From: Ilumatobacteraceae bacterium | GTDB lineage: Bacteria > Actinomycetota > Acidimicrobiia > Acidimicrobiales > Ilumatobacteraceae | Length of the DNA stretch: 42,663 bases | Reading direction: 5' to 3' | Assembly (NCBI GenBank): GCA_964203725.1 | Contig: CAXNNK010000001.1 | Coordinates: forward strand, 1-42,663 | In this document: positions 9,333-19,426 of the stretch, piece by piece | Numbering within the stretch: the stretch's first letter is position 1 | Layout of the letters: every line of letters starts with the position of its first letter | Notes under the pieces: model-generated | Told to the model about the DNA's origin: nothing | The model's input: the letters and a program-made list of their open reading frames with translations, nothing else | Databases searched by the model: none | Made by a program: the position numbers and the translations under genes

Positions 9333-9374
9333 ACGCCAGAACAACAATCGCCAGAACAAAAAACGCCAGAACAA
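9319..9374. repeat. Tandem direct repeat, 15-bp period: three perfect cores CGCCAGAACAA (9334, 9349, 9364) plus a degenerate in-phase copy at 9319
   Basis: Read directly: aaaCGCCAGAACAAcaatCGCCAGAACAAaaaaCGCCAGAACAAg. The copy at 9319 (ctcgagaacac) matches 8/11. The array lies between the B12-domain stop (9332) and the sucC start (9392). Confidence 0.8.
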
Positions 9375-9391
9375 GTTAAGAAAGTAGAGCA

Positions 9392-10537
9392 ATGGACCTT
9401 TTCGAATATCAGGGCAAACAATATTTTGCCAAGTACAACATTCCGGTGTCTGCAGGTGGGGTAGCAACGACTGTTGAAGAAGCAGTTGCAGTTGCAGCGA
9501 CCGCACAGTACCCAGTTGTGGTGAAAGCGCAAGTACAAGTTGGTGGTCGTGGTAAAGCGGGTGGCATCAAGTTGGCCAACGACGAATCCGAAGTGCGTCT
9601 GCATGCCGGAAACATCTTGGGCATGGACATCAAGGGGCACGTGGTCAAGCGCGTGTGGGTTGAACACGCATCAGATATCGCCGAGGAGTATTACGCCTCG
9701 TTCACACTCGATCGCGCAGCAAAGCAGCACCTCTTGATGTTGAGTGCCCAAGGCGGTGTTGAGATCGAAGATGTTGCAGCCAAAGATCCAACAGCAATTG
9801 TCAAGTTGCATATCAATCCGATTGATGGGTTGTCGCTTGCAACTGCACATCGCGCGTGTGTCGATGCCAAGATTCCAGCCAAAGCGCTCGATGGTGTTGC
9901 CGAGATGCTCGTCAAGTTGTATGACTGCTTCACGCAAGGTGATTGTGACTTGGCAGAGATCAACCCGCTGATCTTGAAGCCCACAGGTGAGATCCACGCA
10001 CTCGATGCCAAAGTGTCACTCGATGTCAATGCATCGTTTAGGCATCCCGAGTGGGCAGAGTATGCAGCGACCGAAGAGTTGGACGCGCGCGAGCAACTTG
10101 CGCGCGAAAAGAATTTGCAATACATCGGACTTGACGGCACTGTTGGCATCATTGCTAATGGAGCGGGTCTAGCCATGAGCACACTCGACGTTGTCAATCA
10201 GGTTGGTGGATCTGCCGCGAATTTTCTCGACATTGGTGGTGGAGCAAATGCCGAGTTGATGACGGCAGCGCTTGAAGTGATCAACTCTGATCCCAAGGTC
10301 AAGAGTATTTTGATCAATATTTTTGGCGGCATCACCCGCGGTGAAGAAGTAGCAAAGGGAATCGTTGAAGCGGTCAAGCGTGTTGCACTGCGAGCACCGA
10401 TTGTTATTCGTCTAGACGGCACAAATGCCGATGAGGGTCGAAAGATTCTTGCTGATGCGGGAATTCCCGAATCACAACTCACCAGTCGACCAACCATGCT
10501 CGAAGCCGCTCGCGCGGCTGTCGAGATGGCCAAGTAG
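9392..10537 (+). CDS. sucC: Succinyl-CoA ligase (ADP-forming) beta subunit
   Basis: [36 protein letters not shown] (ATP-grasp), and [13 protein letters not shown]. Followed by sucD. Confidence 0.95.
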   Translation: MDLFEYQGKQYFAKYNIPVSAGGVATTVEEAVAVAATAQYPVVVKAQVQVGGRGKAGGIKLANDESEVRLHAGNILGMDIKGHVVKRVWVEHASDIAEEYYASFTLDRAAKQHLLMLSAQGGVEIEDVAAKDPTAIVKLHINPIDGLSLATAHRACVDAKIPAKALDGVAEMLVKLYDCFTQGDCDLAEINPLILKPTGEIHALDAKVSLDVNASFRHPEWAEYAATEELDAREQLAREKNLQYIGLDGTVGIIANGAGLAMSTLDVVNQVGGSAANFLDIGGGANAELMTAALEVINSDPKVKSILINIFGGITRGEEVAKGIVEAVKRVALRAPIVIRLDGTNADEGRKILADAGIPESQLTSRPTMLEAARAAVEMAK

Positions 10538-10548
10538 GAGAACGAATC

Positions 10549-11454
10549 ATGGCAATTTTTGTAGATCAAAACACCAAGGTGATTGTGCAGGGCCTCACAG
10601 GTGGCCAAGGGCGTTTTCATGGACTGCGCAATAAGGCTTATGGCACGCAAGTTGTCGGCGGAGTGACGCCAGGAAAGGCTGGTCAGGATGTGGAAGGCAT
10701 TCCAGTTTTTGACTCGGTCGCCGATGCTGTCAAAGCCACAGGTGCAAACGCATCATTTATTGCAGTGCCGCCGAAAGCAGCACCAGCAGCAATTCTCGAA
10801 GCAGCCCGTGCGGGAATTGGTTTTGTCGTGTGCATCACCGAAGGAGTGCCGGCACAAGACGAGGCACGTGTATTTGCCACGTTGCAACGCGACTATCCCG
10901 CAACACGTTTGCTCGGCCCAAACTGCCCAGGCATCATTAGCCCGGGCAAGTGCAACATCGGCATTACCGCTGGTGAAATTGCGCAACTGCCAAGTGCCTC
11001 TGGCCCAAACGTTGGAATCGTTTCGCGTTCCGGCACGCTGACTTATCAAGCGCTGTACGAACTCAAGCAACAGGGCATTGGTGTGAGCACATGCGTTGGT
11101 ATTGGTGGAGACCCAGTGCCAGGTACTTCATTTGTTGATTGTCTTGCACAGTTTCAAGCCGACCCAGAGACCCACGCAATCATCATGATCGGCGAGATCG
11201 GTGGTTCTGCCGAAGAAGAGGCTGCCGAATTTATTACCAATCATGTGACCAAACCGATGAGCGCCTACATCGCTGGTGTTACTGCACCTGCTGGCAAAAA
11301 GATGGGTCATGCTGGAGCCATCGTGTCGGGTGGCAAGGGCACAGCCCAGGGCAAAATGGACGCATTACGCGCTGCAGGCGTGCAGATTGGATTGAATCCA
11401 ACTGAGGCTGGCATGTTGATGGCAGAAATTGTTCAGTCGTTACGCTCTGTGTAG
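10549..11454 (+). CDS. sucD: Succinyl-CoA ligase alpha subunit
   Basis: [18 protein letters not shown], and the phosphohistidine loop [14 protein letters not shown]. Confidence 0.95.
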   Translation: MAIFVDQNTKVIVQGLTGGQGRFHGLRNKAYGTQVVGGVTPGKAGQDVEGIPVFDSVADAVKATGANASFIAVPPKAAPAAILEAARAGIGFVVCITEGVPAQDEARVFATLQRDYPATRLLGPNCPGIISPGKCNIGITAGEIAQLPSASGPNVGIVSRSGTLTYQALYELKQQGIGVSTCVGIGGDPVPGTSFVDCLAQFQADPETHAIIMIGEIGGSAEEEAAEFITNHVTKPMSAYIAGVTAPAGKKMGHAGAIVSGGKGTAQGKMDALRAAGVQIGLNPTEAGMLMAEIVQSLRSV

Positions 11455-13386
11455 ATGAATCGGCCACAATCTTTAAAATATCTGCCAGGCCTCGACGGTC
11501 TGCGCGCAGTCGCGGTCATCGCCGTGATTCTGTATCACGCCAACAAGAGTTGGGTGAGTGGCGGTTTCCTTGGTGTTGAAGTGTTCTTTGTTATCAGCGG
11601 GTATTTGATCACGACGCTCCTGATCAACGAATCGGAACAACATGGGAAAATTGACTTCAAAGGGTTTTGGATGCGTCGTGCGCGCAGGTTGTTGCCTGCG
11701 TTATGGACTCTGCTCGTTGGTGTAACGACATATTGCGCACTGTTCGAGCGCGACACCCTTGGCAGTCTGCGTGGAGATGTGGTGGCCGCTTTTGTCTATG
11801 GCTTCAATTGGTTTCAAATCTGGGTTGGCACTTCGTACTTCAGCGCGTTTGGGTTTGTGCCGCTTCGGCACCTGTGGTCGCTCGCTGTAGAAGAGCAGTT
11901 TTATTTGGTTTGGCCAGTACTGATTGCCGTCGTGCTCAAGATTTTTGGACGTAGACCCATGCTGTTGGGGACAATGTTTTTTATTGCATCGATCGCAGTG
12001 TCTGTATATGTTGCAAAAACGTTTGAACCAGGCGCGAGTGGCTCAGTGCTTGAGACTCCAGATCATTACCTCTCGCTTTTTGGACATCCAGTTTCGAAAG
12101 TTGACTTTTTGTTTTTGGGAACGCTTGGACGTTCGGGCGGATTACTGATTGGGTCGGCACTCGCTTTTTGGTGGAAGCCATCAATGTTTCATGAAAACCA
12201 CCCAACATCAGAACGCCATCTTGTCTCAATTGTTGGATGGATCGGTGTTGTCGGACTTGGAGCGATGCTGTGGAGATTTCATGATGTGGTCGAAGGGGGT
12301 GTTGACGGTGGATCGAGTGGCTATGCGCCGTTATTCCAAGGTGGATTTCTTTTAGTCGGTCTTGCCAGCATCGCCATCATTGCTGCGGCTGTGCATCCTC
12401 ACACGCTGCTCGCAACACGCGTGCTCGGCAACCCGGTTTTCGTCTATCTCGGGCAGAGGTCTTACGGTTTGTATCTCTTTCACTGGCCAATTTTCCAGTT
12501 TTATCGACAGTTTGCCGGCAAGGCGCTCAACCCCATTGAGTTCGTGTTGCTCTTTACACTTGCACTTATTTTCACAGAGGCTTCGTATCGATTCATTGAG
12601 ATGCCGGTGCGATCCGGTCGTTTGCGTGAAGGGTGGGACAAGTTTCGCCACCCGCGACTGGATTCAGACCGAGACAAGCGACAGGGGATAATTGCCATTG
12701 GGGTAGTCGTGGCAGTGGTGCCGATCTTTGCGTTAGTGAGCCTTGCTACAGCACGAGTCAAGCTTGATGAGATTGGTCAAAGTCTTGCCGATGGTGAAAG
12801 TGATGTTGTCAACGTGTTGACGAGTACAACACTTGCAGTTGCAGCAACAACTGTTTTACCTGGCGCACCTGGTGTTACAGATACCGTTGTTCCCTCGCCA
12901 TCGACAACGACACTCGATGGACAGGTCATCGAGATCATTGCCATTGGCGACTCGGTGATGCTCGGTGCTGCCAACGCGCTCACCGAACGTGGAATCACGG
13001 TTGATGCACTCAAGAGCAGGCCATTTCGTCAAGCGCTCGAAATCTGCAACTACCTCAAATCGGTCAATCGACTCGGCGAAATCGTGATCATTCATCTTGG
13101 CACCAATAATTATGTCGAAGAAAAAACATTGGATGACATCATGGTTCCATTAGCCGATATAGACACAGTTGTTTTTCTCACTAATCACGTGCCAAGTAAG
13201 AAATGGCAAGATCCAAACAATGCGTTAATGCAAGCGTTGCCAGACAAATATGGAAATGTGAAGATCCTTGACTGGTACACCATTGCCAAGGCTCATCCCG
13301 AATATTTATATGGAGACAAAATTCACCTCAACCCAGAAGGTCAGGCCATCTATGCCGACCTCATCATGCAAGCAATAGGAAAGTAG
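11455..13386 (+). CDS. Membrane acyltransferase (acyltransferase_3, OafA-like) fused to a C-terminal SGNH/GDSL domain
   Basis: LPGLDGLRAVAVIAVILYHA followed by about 10 TM helices, then IIAIGDSVMLGAANAL (GDS block). The ATG directly abuts the sucD TAG (TAGATG). Confidence 0.85.
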   Translation: MNRPQSLKYLPGLDGLRAVAVIAVILYHANKSWVSGGFLGVEVFFVISGYLITTLLINESEQHGKIDFKGFWMRRARRLLPALWTLLVGVTTYCALFERDTLGSLRGDVVAAFVYGFNWFQIWVGTSYFSAFGFVPLRHLWSLAVEEQFYLVWPVLIAVVLKIFGRRPMLLGTMFFIASIAVSVYVAKTFEPGASGSVLETPDHYLSLFGHPVSKVDFLFLGTLGRSGGLLIGSALAFWWKPSMFHENHPTSERHLVSIVGWIGVVGLGAMLWRFHDVVEGGVDGGSSGYAPLFQGGFLLVGLASIAIIAAAVHPHTLLATRVLGNPVFVYLGQRSYGLYLFHWPIFQFYRQFAGKALNPIEFVLLFTLALIFTEASYRFIEMPVRSGRLREGWDKFRHPRLDSDRDKRQGIIAIGVVVAVVPIFALVSLATARVKLDEIGQSLADGESDVVNVLTSTTLAVAATTVLPGAPGVTDTVVPSPSTTTLDGQVIEIIAIGDSVMLGAANALTERGITVDALKSRPFRQALEICNYLKSVNRLGEIVIIHLGTNNYVEEKTLDDIMVPLADIDTVVFLTNHVPSKKWQDPNNALMQALPDKYGNVKILDWYTIAKAHPEYLYGDKIHLNPEGQAIYADLIMQAIGK

Positions 13387-13396
13387 TGTTTGAGTT

Positions 13397-14395
13397 ATGA
13401 CATCTTCAGCAACATCCCCAGTACGAGTAACAATTACTGGAGCAGCAGGTCAAATTGGATACAGCCTGCTGTTTCGCATTGCATCTGGTGCGATGCTTGG
13501 CCCAGACACTCCAGTAATTCTGCAATTGCTTGAAGTTACTCCCGCACTCGGTGCGCTTGGTGGCGTAAAGATGGAGTTGGACGACTGCGCATTTCCAAAC
13601 CTGGTCGACGTGGTGATGACCGACGACCCAAATGTCGCATTCGGTGATACCGATATTGCGTTGCTCGTTGGCGCGATGCCTCGCAAAGACGGCATGGAGC
13701 GCAGCGACTTGCTGTCCGCAAATGGTGGGATCTTCAAACCGCAAGGCATTGCAATTAGCGAAAATGCTAAAAAGAATATCAAGGTGTTAGTCGTTGGCAA
13801 CCCAGCAAACACCAACGCAGCAATTGCCATGCACAACGCAAAAAATATTGACCCACGTCAATTCACTGCCATGACGCGTCTCGACCACAATCGTGCAATT
13901 AGCCAACTTGCACAGCGCGTAGGACGACCTGTTTCGTCCATTACAAAGATGACGATCTGGGGAAATCATTCGACAACGCAGTATCCAGACTTGTTTCACT
14001 GTGAAGTGGATGGCAAAAATGCCGCAGAGTTGGTCAATGATCAGACATGGATTGAAGAAACGTTTATTCCAATCGTTGCCAAACGTGGTGCAGCAGTAAT
14101 CAAGGCTCGTGGGTCGTCTTCGGCAGCGAGTGCGGCAAATGCCGCAGTCGATCACATACGTTCGTGGGTCTTGGGCACTCCAACAGGCGATTGGGTTTCC
14201 ATGTCAGTGCCTTCAGACGGTAGTTATGGCGTGCCGCAAGGCGTGATGTCATCGTTTCCTTGTGTTTGTGAAAACGGAGACTACAAGATCGTGCAAGGTC
14301 TCGATATTGATACTTTCAGTCGTGCACGGATTGATGCGTCGGTTGCTGAGTTGATTGAAGAGCGTGATGCTGTGAGACAACTTGGTCTGATTTAG
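13397..14395 (+). CDS. mdh: Malate dehydrogenase (cytosolic/LDH-unlike type)
   Basis: [10 protein letters not shown] Rossmann motif, [15 protein letters not shown]. Confidence 0.95.
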   Translation: MTSSATSPVRVTITGAAGQIGYSLLFRIASGAMLGPDTPVILQLLEVTPALGALGGVKMELDDCAFPNLVDVVMTDDPNVAFGDTDIALLVGAMPRKDGMERSDLLSANGGIFKPQGIAISENAKKNIKVLVVGNPANTNAAIAMHNAKNIDPRQFTAMTRLDHNRAISQLAQRVGRPVSSITKMTIWGNHSTTQYPDLFHCEVDGKNAAELVNDQTWIEETFIPIVAKRGAAVIKARGSSSAASAANAAVDHIRSWVLGTPTGDWVSMSVPSDGSYGVPQGVMSSFPCVCENGDYKIVQGLDIDTFSRARIDASVAELIEERDAVRQLGLI

Positions 14396-14415
14396 TCGAC
14401 AAGTTGTTGTAACGC

Positions 14416-15078
14416 TTATCCAGTCTTTTGAGCAAGCGCAGCCTCGGTGTCGGCGCGTGAGCGTGTGCAACCCAGAGGATCTCGCTTGACAATTGCATTC
14501 TTCTCTTTTGTTGGCGACAACTGAATTCCCTTGCGCCACGCATCCAGATATTTTTGTGGCCAAATTTCGCCCTGCAATAAAAATGCCTCTGCGCGCGGGC
14601 AGATTCTCGACATTCCCAAATGTGTGTGACAGCGTGTAATGCTGGCATTTCCAGACGCTCCCATCACACCGATCCAGTCGCCAGCGTTGACCGATTGACC
14701 AGTTGCAACCTTGATTCTGCCAAGGTGGGCGAAGTAGTAGCGCACATCATCTTCTCCAAGAAGAGTGATGGTTTTACCACCTCGCGTGCCAGGTGCATCT
14801 AATTTCTTTGTCCATTTATCAATTGTGCGCGTCTGTGAAATCACGCCAGATGTCGGTGCAAGTACCCGCGCATAACAACCTGCTACATCAACAGCAGGGT
14901 AATCAATATGGTCGCTTGGGTAGTTGACTGCAACTTTGGAGAACGGAAAAACGTAGAGCAGAGGAGACTCGTCATCCGCGACCAGACTCTGGACCGGAGC
15001 GAGGAGCGTGTTAATTGCAACAATTGCTACAACTAGTATCGTTTTCAAAATCGTATTGATGCGTGGTCTCAAGCGCAT
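14416..15078 (-). CDS. M23-family metallopeptidase, membrane-anchored or secreted
   Basis: YYFAHLG and CHTHLGM (HxH) motifs. N-terminal TM/signal ILKTILVVAIVAINTLLAPV. ATG 15078 is preferred over the TTG at 15123, which would overlap the divergent gene's start. Confidence 0.7.
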   Translation of the reverse strand: MRLRPRINTILKTILVVAIVAINTLLAPVQSLVADDESPLLYVFPFSKVAVNYPSDHIDYPAVDVAGCYARVLAPTSGVISQTRTIDKWTKKLDAPGTRGGKTITLLGEDDVRYYFAHLGRIKVATGQSVNAGDWIGVMGASGNASITRCHTHLGMSRICPRAEAFLLQGEIWPQKYLDAWRKGIQLSPTKEKNAIVKRDPLGCTRSRADTEAALAQKTG

Positions 15079-15122
15079 ACTTGCGATCGTAGTGTGACGG
15101 CGCCAAATGTTACGGTTGGACA

Positions 15123-16055
15123 ATGAAGAGAAAATTTTTTATCGACACAGACACAGCAAGTGATGATGCTGTTGCCCTCATTATTGCGCTTCGGCACTCT
15201 GATATAGAAGTTGTTGGGATTGGAGTCGTTGCTGGCAACGTGCCGCTAGAGCTCGGTGTGCAAAATGCCTTATACACACGCGAGTTGTGCGGGTCGAACA
15301 CGCCAATTTATGCTGGTGCGAGCAAGCCTCTCTCTCGAGAGTTGCGTACAGCGCAGTTTGTGCATGGCCAAGACGGCATGGGGGATATCGGTCTCAATCT
15401 CGAGGGACGGCACCCAAATGTCGGCGACGCAGTTGACGAACTCATCAAGTCGGCGCACGAGTTTGATGGAGTGCTTGAACTGGTGACGCTTGGGCCGTTG
15501 ACCAATGTTGCCCTCGCACTGCAAAAAGATCCAAGCATTGCCAATAAATTCAAACGATGTGTAGTGATGGGTGCAGTTGCTGATCACATTGGAAACGTCA
15601 CGCCAGTTGCCGAGTTCAATATGTGGGTCGATCCGGAAGCCGTAGAGATCGTGTTGAAATCTGGGATGAAGCTTGAGTTCGTGGGTTGGGACATCTCGCG
15701 CAAGTTTGCTGTGATCACTCCGGCAGAGTCACGGATGTTGAGAGCAATGGACACGCCGTATGCGACATTTGCTATTGACATTCAACGAGTGCTGGAAAAG
15801 TTTTGTGCCAACGAAACCCACCTTGCTGGGTTTGATTTGCCCGATCCGATTGCAATTGCCTACGCCATCAACGCAGGCGTTGCTGATGAGGTGCGCGAGA
15901 TGCATCTTGTTGTCGAAACGGATTCGCCAACAACTGAGGGCATGGTTGTGATGGACACACTTGGCGTGATGCACGAGTCGCCAAATGCGCTCGTAGTGAC
16001 GAGCGCCAGACACGATGTGTTTATGTCGATGCTGATGGATGCTCTCGAAGCATGA
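15123..16055 (+). CDS. Nucleoside hydrolase (IUNH family)
   Basis: N-terminal DTDTASDDAVALI (DxDxxxDD signature). About 310 aa. Confidence 0.85.
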   Translation: MKRKFFIDTDTASDDAVALIIALRHSDIEVVGIGVVAGNVPLELGVQNALYTRELCGSNTPIYAGASKPLSRELRTAQFVHGQDGMGDIGLNLEGRHPNVGDAVDELIKSAHEFDGVLELVTLGPLTNVALALQKDPSIANKFKRCVVMGAVADHIGNVTPVAEFNMWVDPEAVEIVLKSGMKLEFVGWDISRKFAVITPAESRMLRAMDTPYATFAIDIQRVLEKFCANETHLAGFDLPDPIAIAYAINAGVADEVREMHLVVETDSPTTEGMVVMDTLGVMHESPNALVVTSARHDVFMSMLMDALEA

Positions 16056-17029
16056 GTCAGCATTCGCCGCTCGACAAAGCATTTGTGCAATTGGGTGTTA
16101 CCACGCGCAATGGTCACGATGAGTCGATGCACTATGGCGCAGTAATTGGTCTGGCGCGAGATGGGTCAATTGAGTTTGCACTTGGCGATCCAGCAACAAT
16201 CGTGTTTCCGCGTTCGTCAACTAAGCCCATCCAGGCCACGGCCATGGTGGCAAGCGGGCTCAACTTGCCTCCGCGATTGCTTGCTCTTGTTTGCGCTAGT
16301 CACGATGGGTCGCCGATGCATCTTGCTGCCGCACGCGAAATCTTGGCAACGGCTGGTTTGACTGAAGACGATCTTGGCAACACCAAAGATTTTCCGCTCG
16401 ACGATGCTGCTGCTGCAGATGTAGTGCGCGGTGGCGGAGTACAGACCAAGTTGCAAATGAATTGTTCTGGTAAGCACTCTGGCATGCTGGCGACGTGCGT
16501 ACACAATGGCTGGTCGCATGATGAGAGTTATTTGTTTGAGTCGCATCCATTGCAACAGCGCATTACTCAGATGGTGCCAGAGTTGAGCGGCGAAGAGGCG
16601 GTCTTTATTGGCATCGACGGTTGCGGTGCGCCAGCACACGCAATGTCACTTACTGCACTTGCACGCGTCTTTCGTAGTGTGGTGATGTCAGACCCAACAA
16701 GTGCTCCAGGCAAAGTAGCCAATGCAATGCGCAGTCACCCGGAAATGGTGGGTGGACCAACTCGTGACGTCACGCTATTGATGCAAGGTGTGCATGGTTT
16801 GCTTGCCAAAGACGGAGCAGAGGGAGTGTTTGCAGTGGCGATGCCAGATGGGCGAGCAGTTGCCCTCAAGATCGCTGATGGAGCAAATCGTGCGCGTCCA
16901 CCAATGATGAAGTTTGCACTTGAAGCGCTTGGAATCGACACGTCAAGTGTTGACCCAAGGGCGTTTGATTCAACGATTTATGGTCATGGCAAGCCTGTTG
17001 GCAACGTGCGCATTACCGCAACGCTGTAA
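16052..17029 (+). CDS. Asparaginase II family protein (PF06089-like)
   Basis: PRSSTKPIQA, CSGKHSGML and GIDGCGAP blocks recalled from this family. ATGA overlap with the preceding gene. Confidence 0.65.
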   Translation: MSQHSPLDKAFVQLGVTTRNGHDESMHYGAVIGLARDGSIEFALGDPATIVFPRSSTKPIQATAMVASGLNLPPRLLALVCASHDGSPMHLAAAREILATAGLTEDDLGNTKDFPLDDAAAADVVRGGGVQTKLQMNCSGKHSGMLATCVHNGWSHDESYLFESHPLQQRITQMVPELSGEEAVFIGIDGCGAPAHAMSLTALARVFRSVVMSDPTSAPGKVANAMRSHPEMVGGPTRDVTLLMQGVHGLLAKDGAEGVFAVAMPDGRAVALKIADGANRARPPMMKFALEALGIDTSSVDPRAFDSTIYGHGKPVGNVRITATL

Positions 17030-17030
17030 C

Positions 17031-17053
17031 TCGCTAGAAATCTTGACTAGCGA
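17031..17053. terminator. Candidate bidirectional hairpin in a convergent gap (TCGCTAG-n9-CTAGCGA)
   Basis: A 7-bp perfect inverted repeat with a 9-nt loop fills the 31-nt gap between the stop codons at 17029 (+) and 17061 (-). No U tract. Confidence 0.3.
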
Positions 17054-17060
17054 TTAACTA

Positions 17061-18410
17061 TTAGCCCTCGTAATACGAGTCGGTGACTGTGAGCGCCTGA
17101 TCAATAATTGCGATACCCTCGCGCACTTCGTCTGGTGTTGCATTGCAAGGCGGCACAACATGAGTGCGATTGAAATGCACGAATGGCCAAAGTCCAAGTT
17201 TTTTGCACTCGACAGCAAAGTCGACCATCGGTTTGGCATCTGCACCTGTTGCATTGAATGGAACGAGAGGTTTGCGCGTTTCGCGGTTGCTCACGAGTTC
17301 AATTGCCCAAAATACGCCAAGTCCACGAACATCACCGACTGATGGATGCTTGGCCTTGAGTTTTTCGAGTTCTGGACCGATGACATCAGTGCCAAGCATG
17401 CGAGCATTCTCAACAATTTTTTCTTCTTTGAAGATGTTGATCGACGCAACTGCAGCAGCACACGAAAGAGGGTGTCCGCTGTATGTAAGGCCACCTGGAT
17501 AGACACGATCTTTGAACGAATCAGCAATCTTTTGGCTGATGATCACACCACCGAGTGGAACGTAACCAGAGTTCACGCCTTTGGCAAAACAAATCAGGTC
17601 TGGTGTAACACCCCAGTGATTCACCGCGAACCACTCGCCGCAACGTCCAAAACCGGCCATCACTTCGTCGCACATCATCATGATGCCATAGCGATCGCAC
17701 AGTTCACGAACACCTTTGAGGTAACCGGCGGGTGGCACCAAAATTCCATTCGTGCCAATAACTGACTCAAGCCCGATCATTGCCACGGTGTGTGGCCCTT
17801 CCACCATCAAGACTTCTTCTAAATGTTGCAATGCACGTTGACACTCTTGCTCGTCGCTCGAAGAGTGAAATGCAGATCGATATGGGTACGGCCCCCAAAA
17901 CTTGACTGCACCCGATGCACCTGTCTCGTTTGGCCAACGGCGTGGGTCGCCAGTAAGTGCGATGGCGCCTGAAGTCGATCCGTGGTACGAACGATACATT
18001 GTCAAAACTTTGTGACGACCCGTATGAAGCTTGCTCATGCGCACAGCATTTTCTGCTGCCTCTGCACCACCGTTAGTAAAGAACACCATGTTGAGATCAC
18101 CTGGCGCGAGTTCAGTAATTAAGCGTGCTGCTTCAGAGCGAGCATCGTTCGCAAATGATGGGGCAACCGTGCACAACTTGCCGGCTTGTTCTTGAATTGC
18201 GGCAACAAGTTTTGGATGTTGGTGACCAATGTTGAGGTTGACGAGTTGGCTTGAAAAGTCGAGGTACTTTTTGCCAGTCGAATCCCAGAAGTAACTGCCG
18301 AGCCCACCAACAATTTCAGTTGGATTCAGCGTTCCTTGCGCAGACCACGAATGAAATACGTGTGCGCGGTCGTCAAGATATGCCTGGGTCTTTGTTGCTT
18401 CAAGTGTCAT
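17061..18410 (-). CDS. Class III (omega) PLP-dependent aminotransferase
   Basis: DEVMAGFGRCG and the FAKGVNSGY Schiff-base lysine region. About 449 aa. Substrate not assignable by eye. Confidence 0.85.
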   Translation of the reverse strand: MTLEATKTQAYLDDRAHVFHSWSAQGTLNPTEIVGGLGSYFWDSTGKKYLDFSSQLVNLNIGHQHPKLVAAIQEQAGKLCTVAPSFANDARSEAARLITELAPGDLNMVFFTNGGAEAAENAVRMSKLHTGRHKVLTMYRSYHGSTSGAIALTGDPRRWPNETGASGAVKFWGPYPYRSAFHSSSDEQECQRALQHLEEVLMVEGPHTVAMIGLESVIGTNGILVPPAGYLKGVRELCDRYGIMMMCDEVMAGFGRCGEWFAVNHWGVTPDLICFAKGVNSGYVPLGGVIISQKIADSFKDRVYPGGLTYSGHPLSCAAAVASINIFKEEKIVENARMLGTDVIGPELEKLKAKHPSVGDVRGLGVFWAIELVSNRETRKPLVPFNATGADAKPMVDFAVECKKLGLWPFVHFNRTHVVPPCNATPDEVREGIAIIDQALTVTDSYYEG

Positions 18411-18433
18411 AGCAACAGCCTAATCTGCGGGAA

Positions 18434-18910
18434 TTACGAGTTGAGAGTTGCCACAACCCGCTTGTGTAATTGTGACCAAGCGCCAGCCAATCCCGCGTGT
18501 AGCGAGAAGTTTTCAACTTCGCCAAGCGTGACCCATTGCAGATCTTCCGATTCGGCATTTGCTGTGTATGCACCAGCGTCGCCGTTGGTGTGTGCAATCA
18601 CTGTGTCGTAGCGCCACGGGCCATGGTCGTCACTAAATACATCGCGCACGACGTAGTCGTCGCTATTGATGCCAGCTTCTTCTGCGGCTTCGCGGCCAGC
18701 AGCCGTCACTGAATCTTCATGACTGTCAAGTGCGCCTCCTGGCAGAGCCCACGTTCCGCCACCGTGTGTCCATGCAGCGCGCAGTTGCAACAACACGTGA
18801 GGTTCAGATTTGTCGAGGCGCACGAGCAACAAACCTGCAGCACCGTGAAGACCCCAATGTTTGTGACCGCATGAGCACATCACCCAACCGTCTCCGTCTC
18901 GAAAAGCCAT
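18434..18910 (-). CDS. NUDIX hydrolase with an N-terminal Cys/His cluster
   Basis: Nudix box GGALDSHEDSVTAAGREAAEEAGI, preceded by CSCGHKHWGLHGAAGLL. Confidence 0.85.
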   Translation of the reverse strand: MAFRDGDGWVMCSCGHKHWGLHGAAGLLLVRLDKSEPHVLLQLRAAWTHGGGTWALPGGALDSHEDSVTAAGREAAEEAGINSDDYVVRDVFSDDHGPWRYDTVIAHTNGDAGAYTANAESEDLQWVTLGEVENFSLHAGLAGAWSQLHKRVVATLNS

Positions 18911-18913
18911 GAC

Positions 18914-19411
18914 TTAGATCGTAGTTTCGGTTGCGGCCTGAGCCTCAAGCCGCGCACTTGCTCGTGTGGCTGCGCGCGCAGTTGCCTGTGCTGCAGTGAT
19001 CTCGGCGTGGTGCGCATGGCACAGCACCTCAAGACCACCGCGACCTGTGCTGTCGGGTTGCAGATGATGATGACATCCAGGACCGTAGCCCTTGCCGTCG
19101 CGTGGTTCGATGTGGTTGACCTCGCAGTCGCGACGCGCAGCCATGCAGCCAACACGAATGCAGTGATATTTTGCACGACGTTTTGCCGACGATCGAGCAA
19201 ATCTCCAGATGTGTTCGCGTTGCCAGGCGCGACCACATGTGTCAGAGCACCAGGTGGTGCGTCGCTTACCTGTAATTATTTCGTTACACCAGTGGCAGCG
19301 TCCAATTTCTCCTTGCCACTTGCTGAGCGGGCATGTAATGCGCTCGGCAACGAGCGGAGGTAACTCGAGTTTGTTAACTGCATGTTTCGTTTGCTTGCGT
19401 TGAGTAGCCAT
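18914..19411 (-). CDS. HNH-type endonuclease-like, Cys/His-rich protein
   Basis: CHWCNE and WCSDTC knuckles, EVNHIEPR, GCHHH, and LEVLCHAHHAEI (an HNH-like beta-beta-alpha region with His in place of the usual second Cys). Confidence 0.6.
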   Translation of the reverse strand: MATQRKQTKHAVNKLELPPLVAERITCPLSKWQGEIGRCHWCNEIITGKRRTTWCSDTCGRAWQREHIWRFARSSAKRRAKYHCIRVGCMAARRDCEVNHIEPRDGKGYGPGCHHHLQPDSTGRGGLEVLCHAHHAEITAAQATARAATRASARLEAQAATETTI

Positions 19412-19426
19412 GGGCGTTCATAAACA

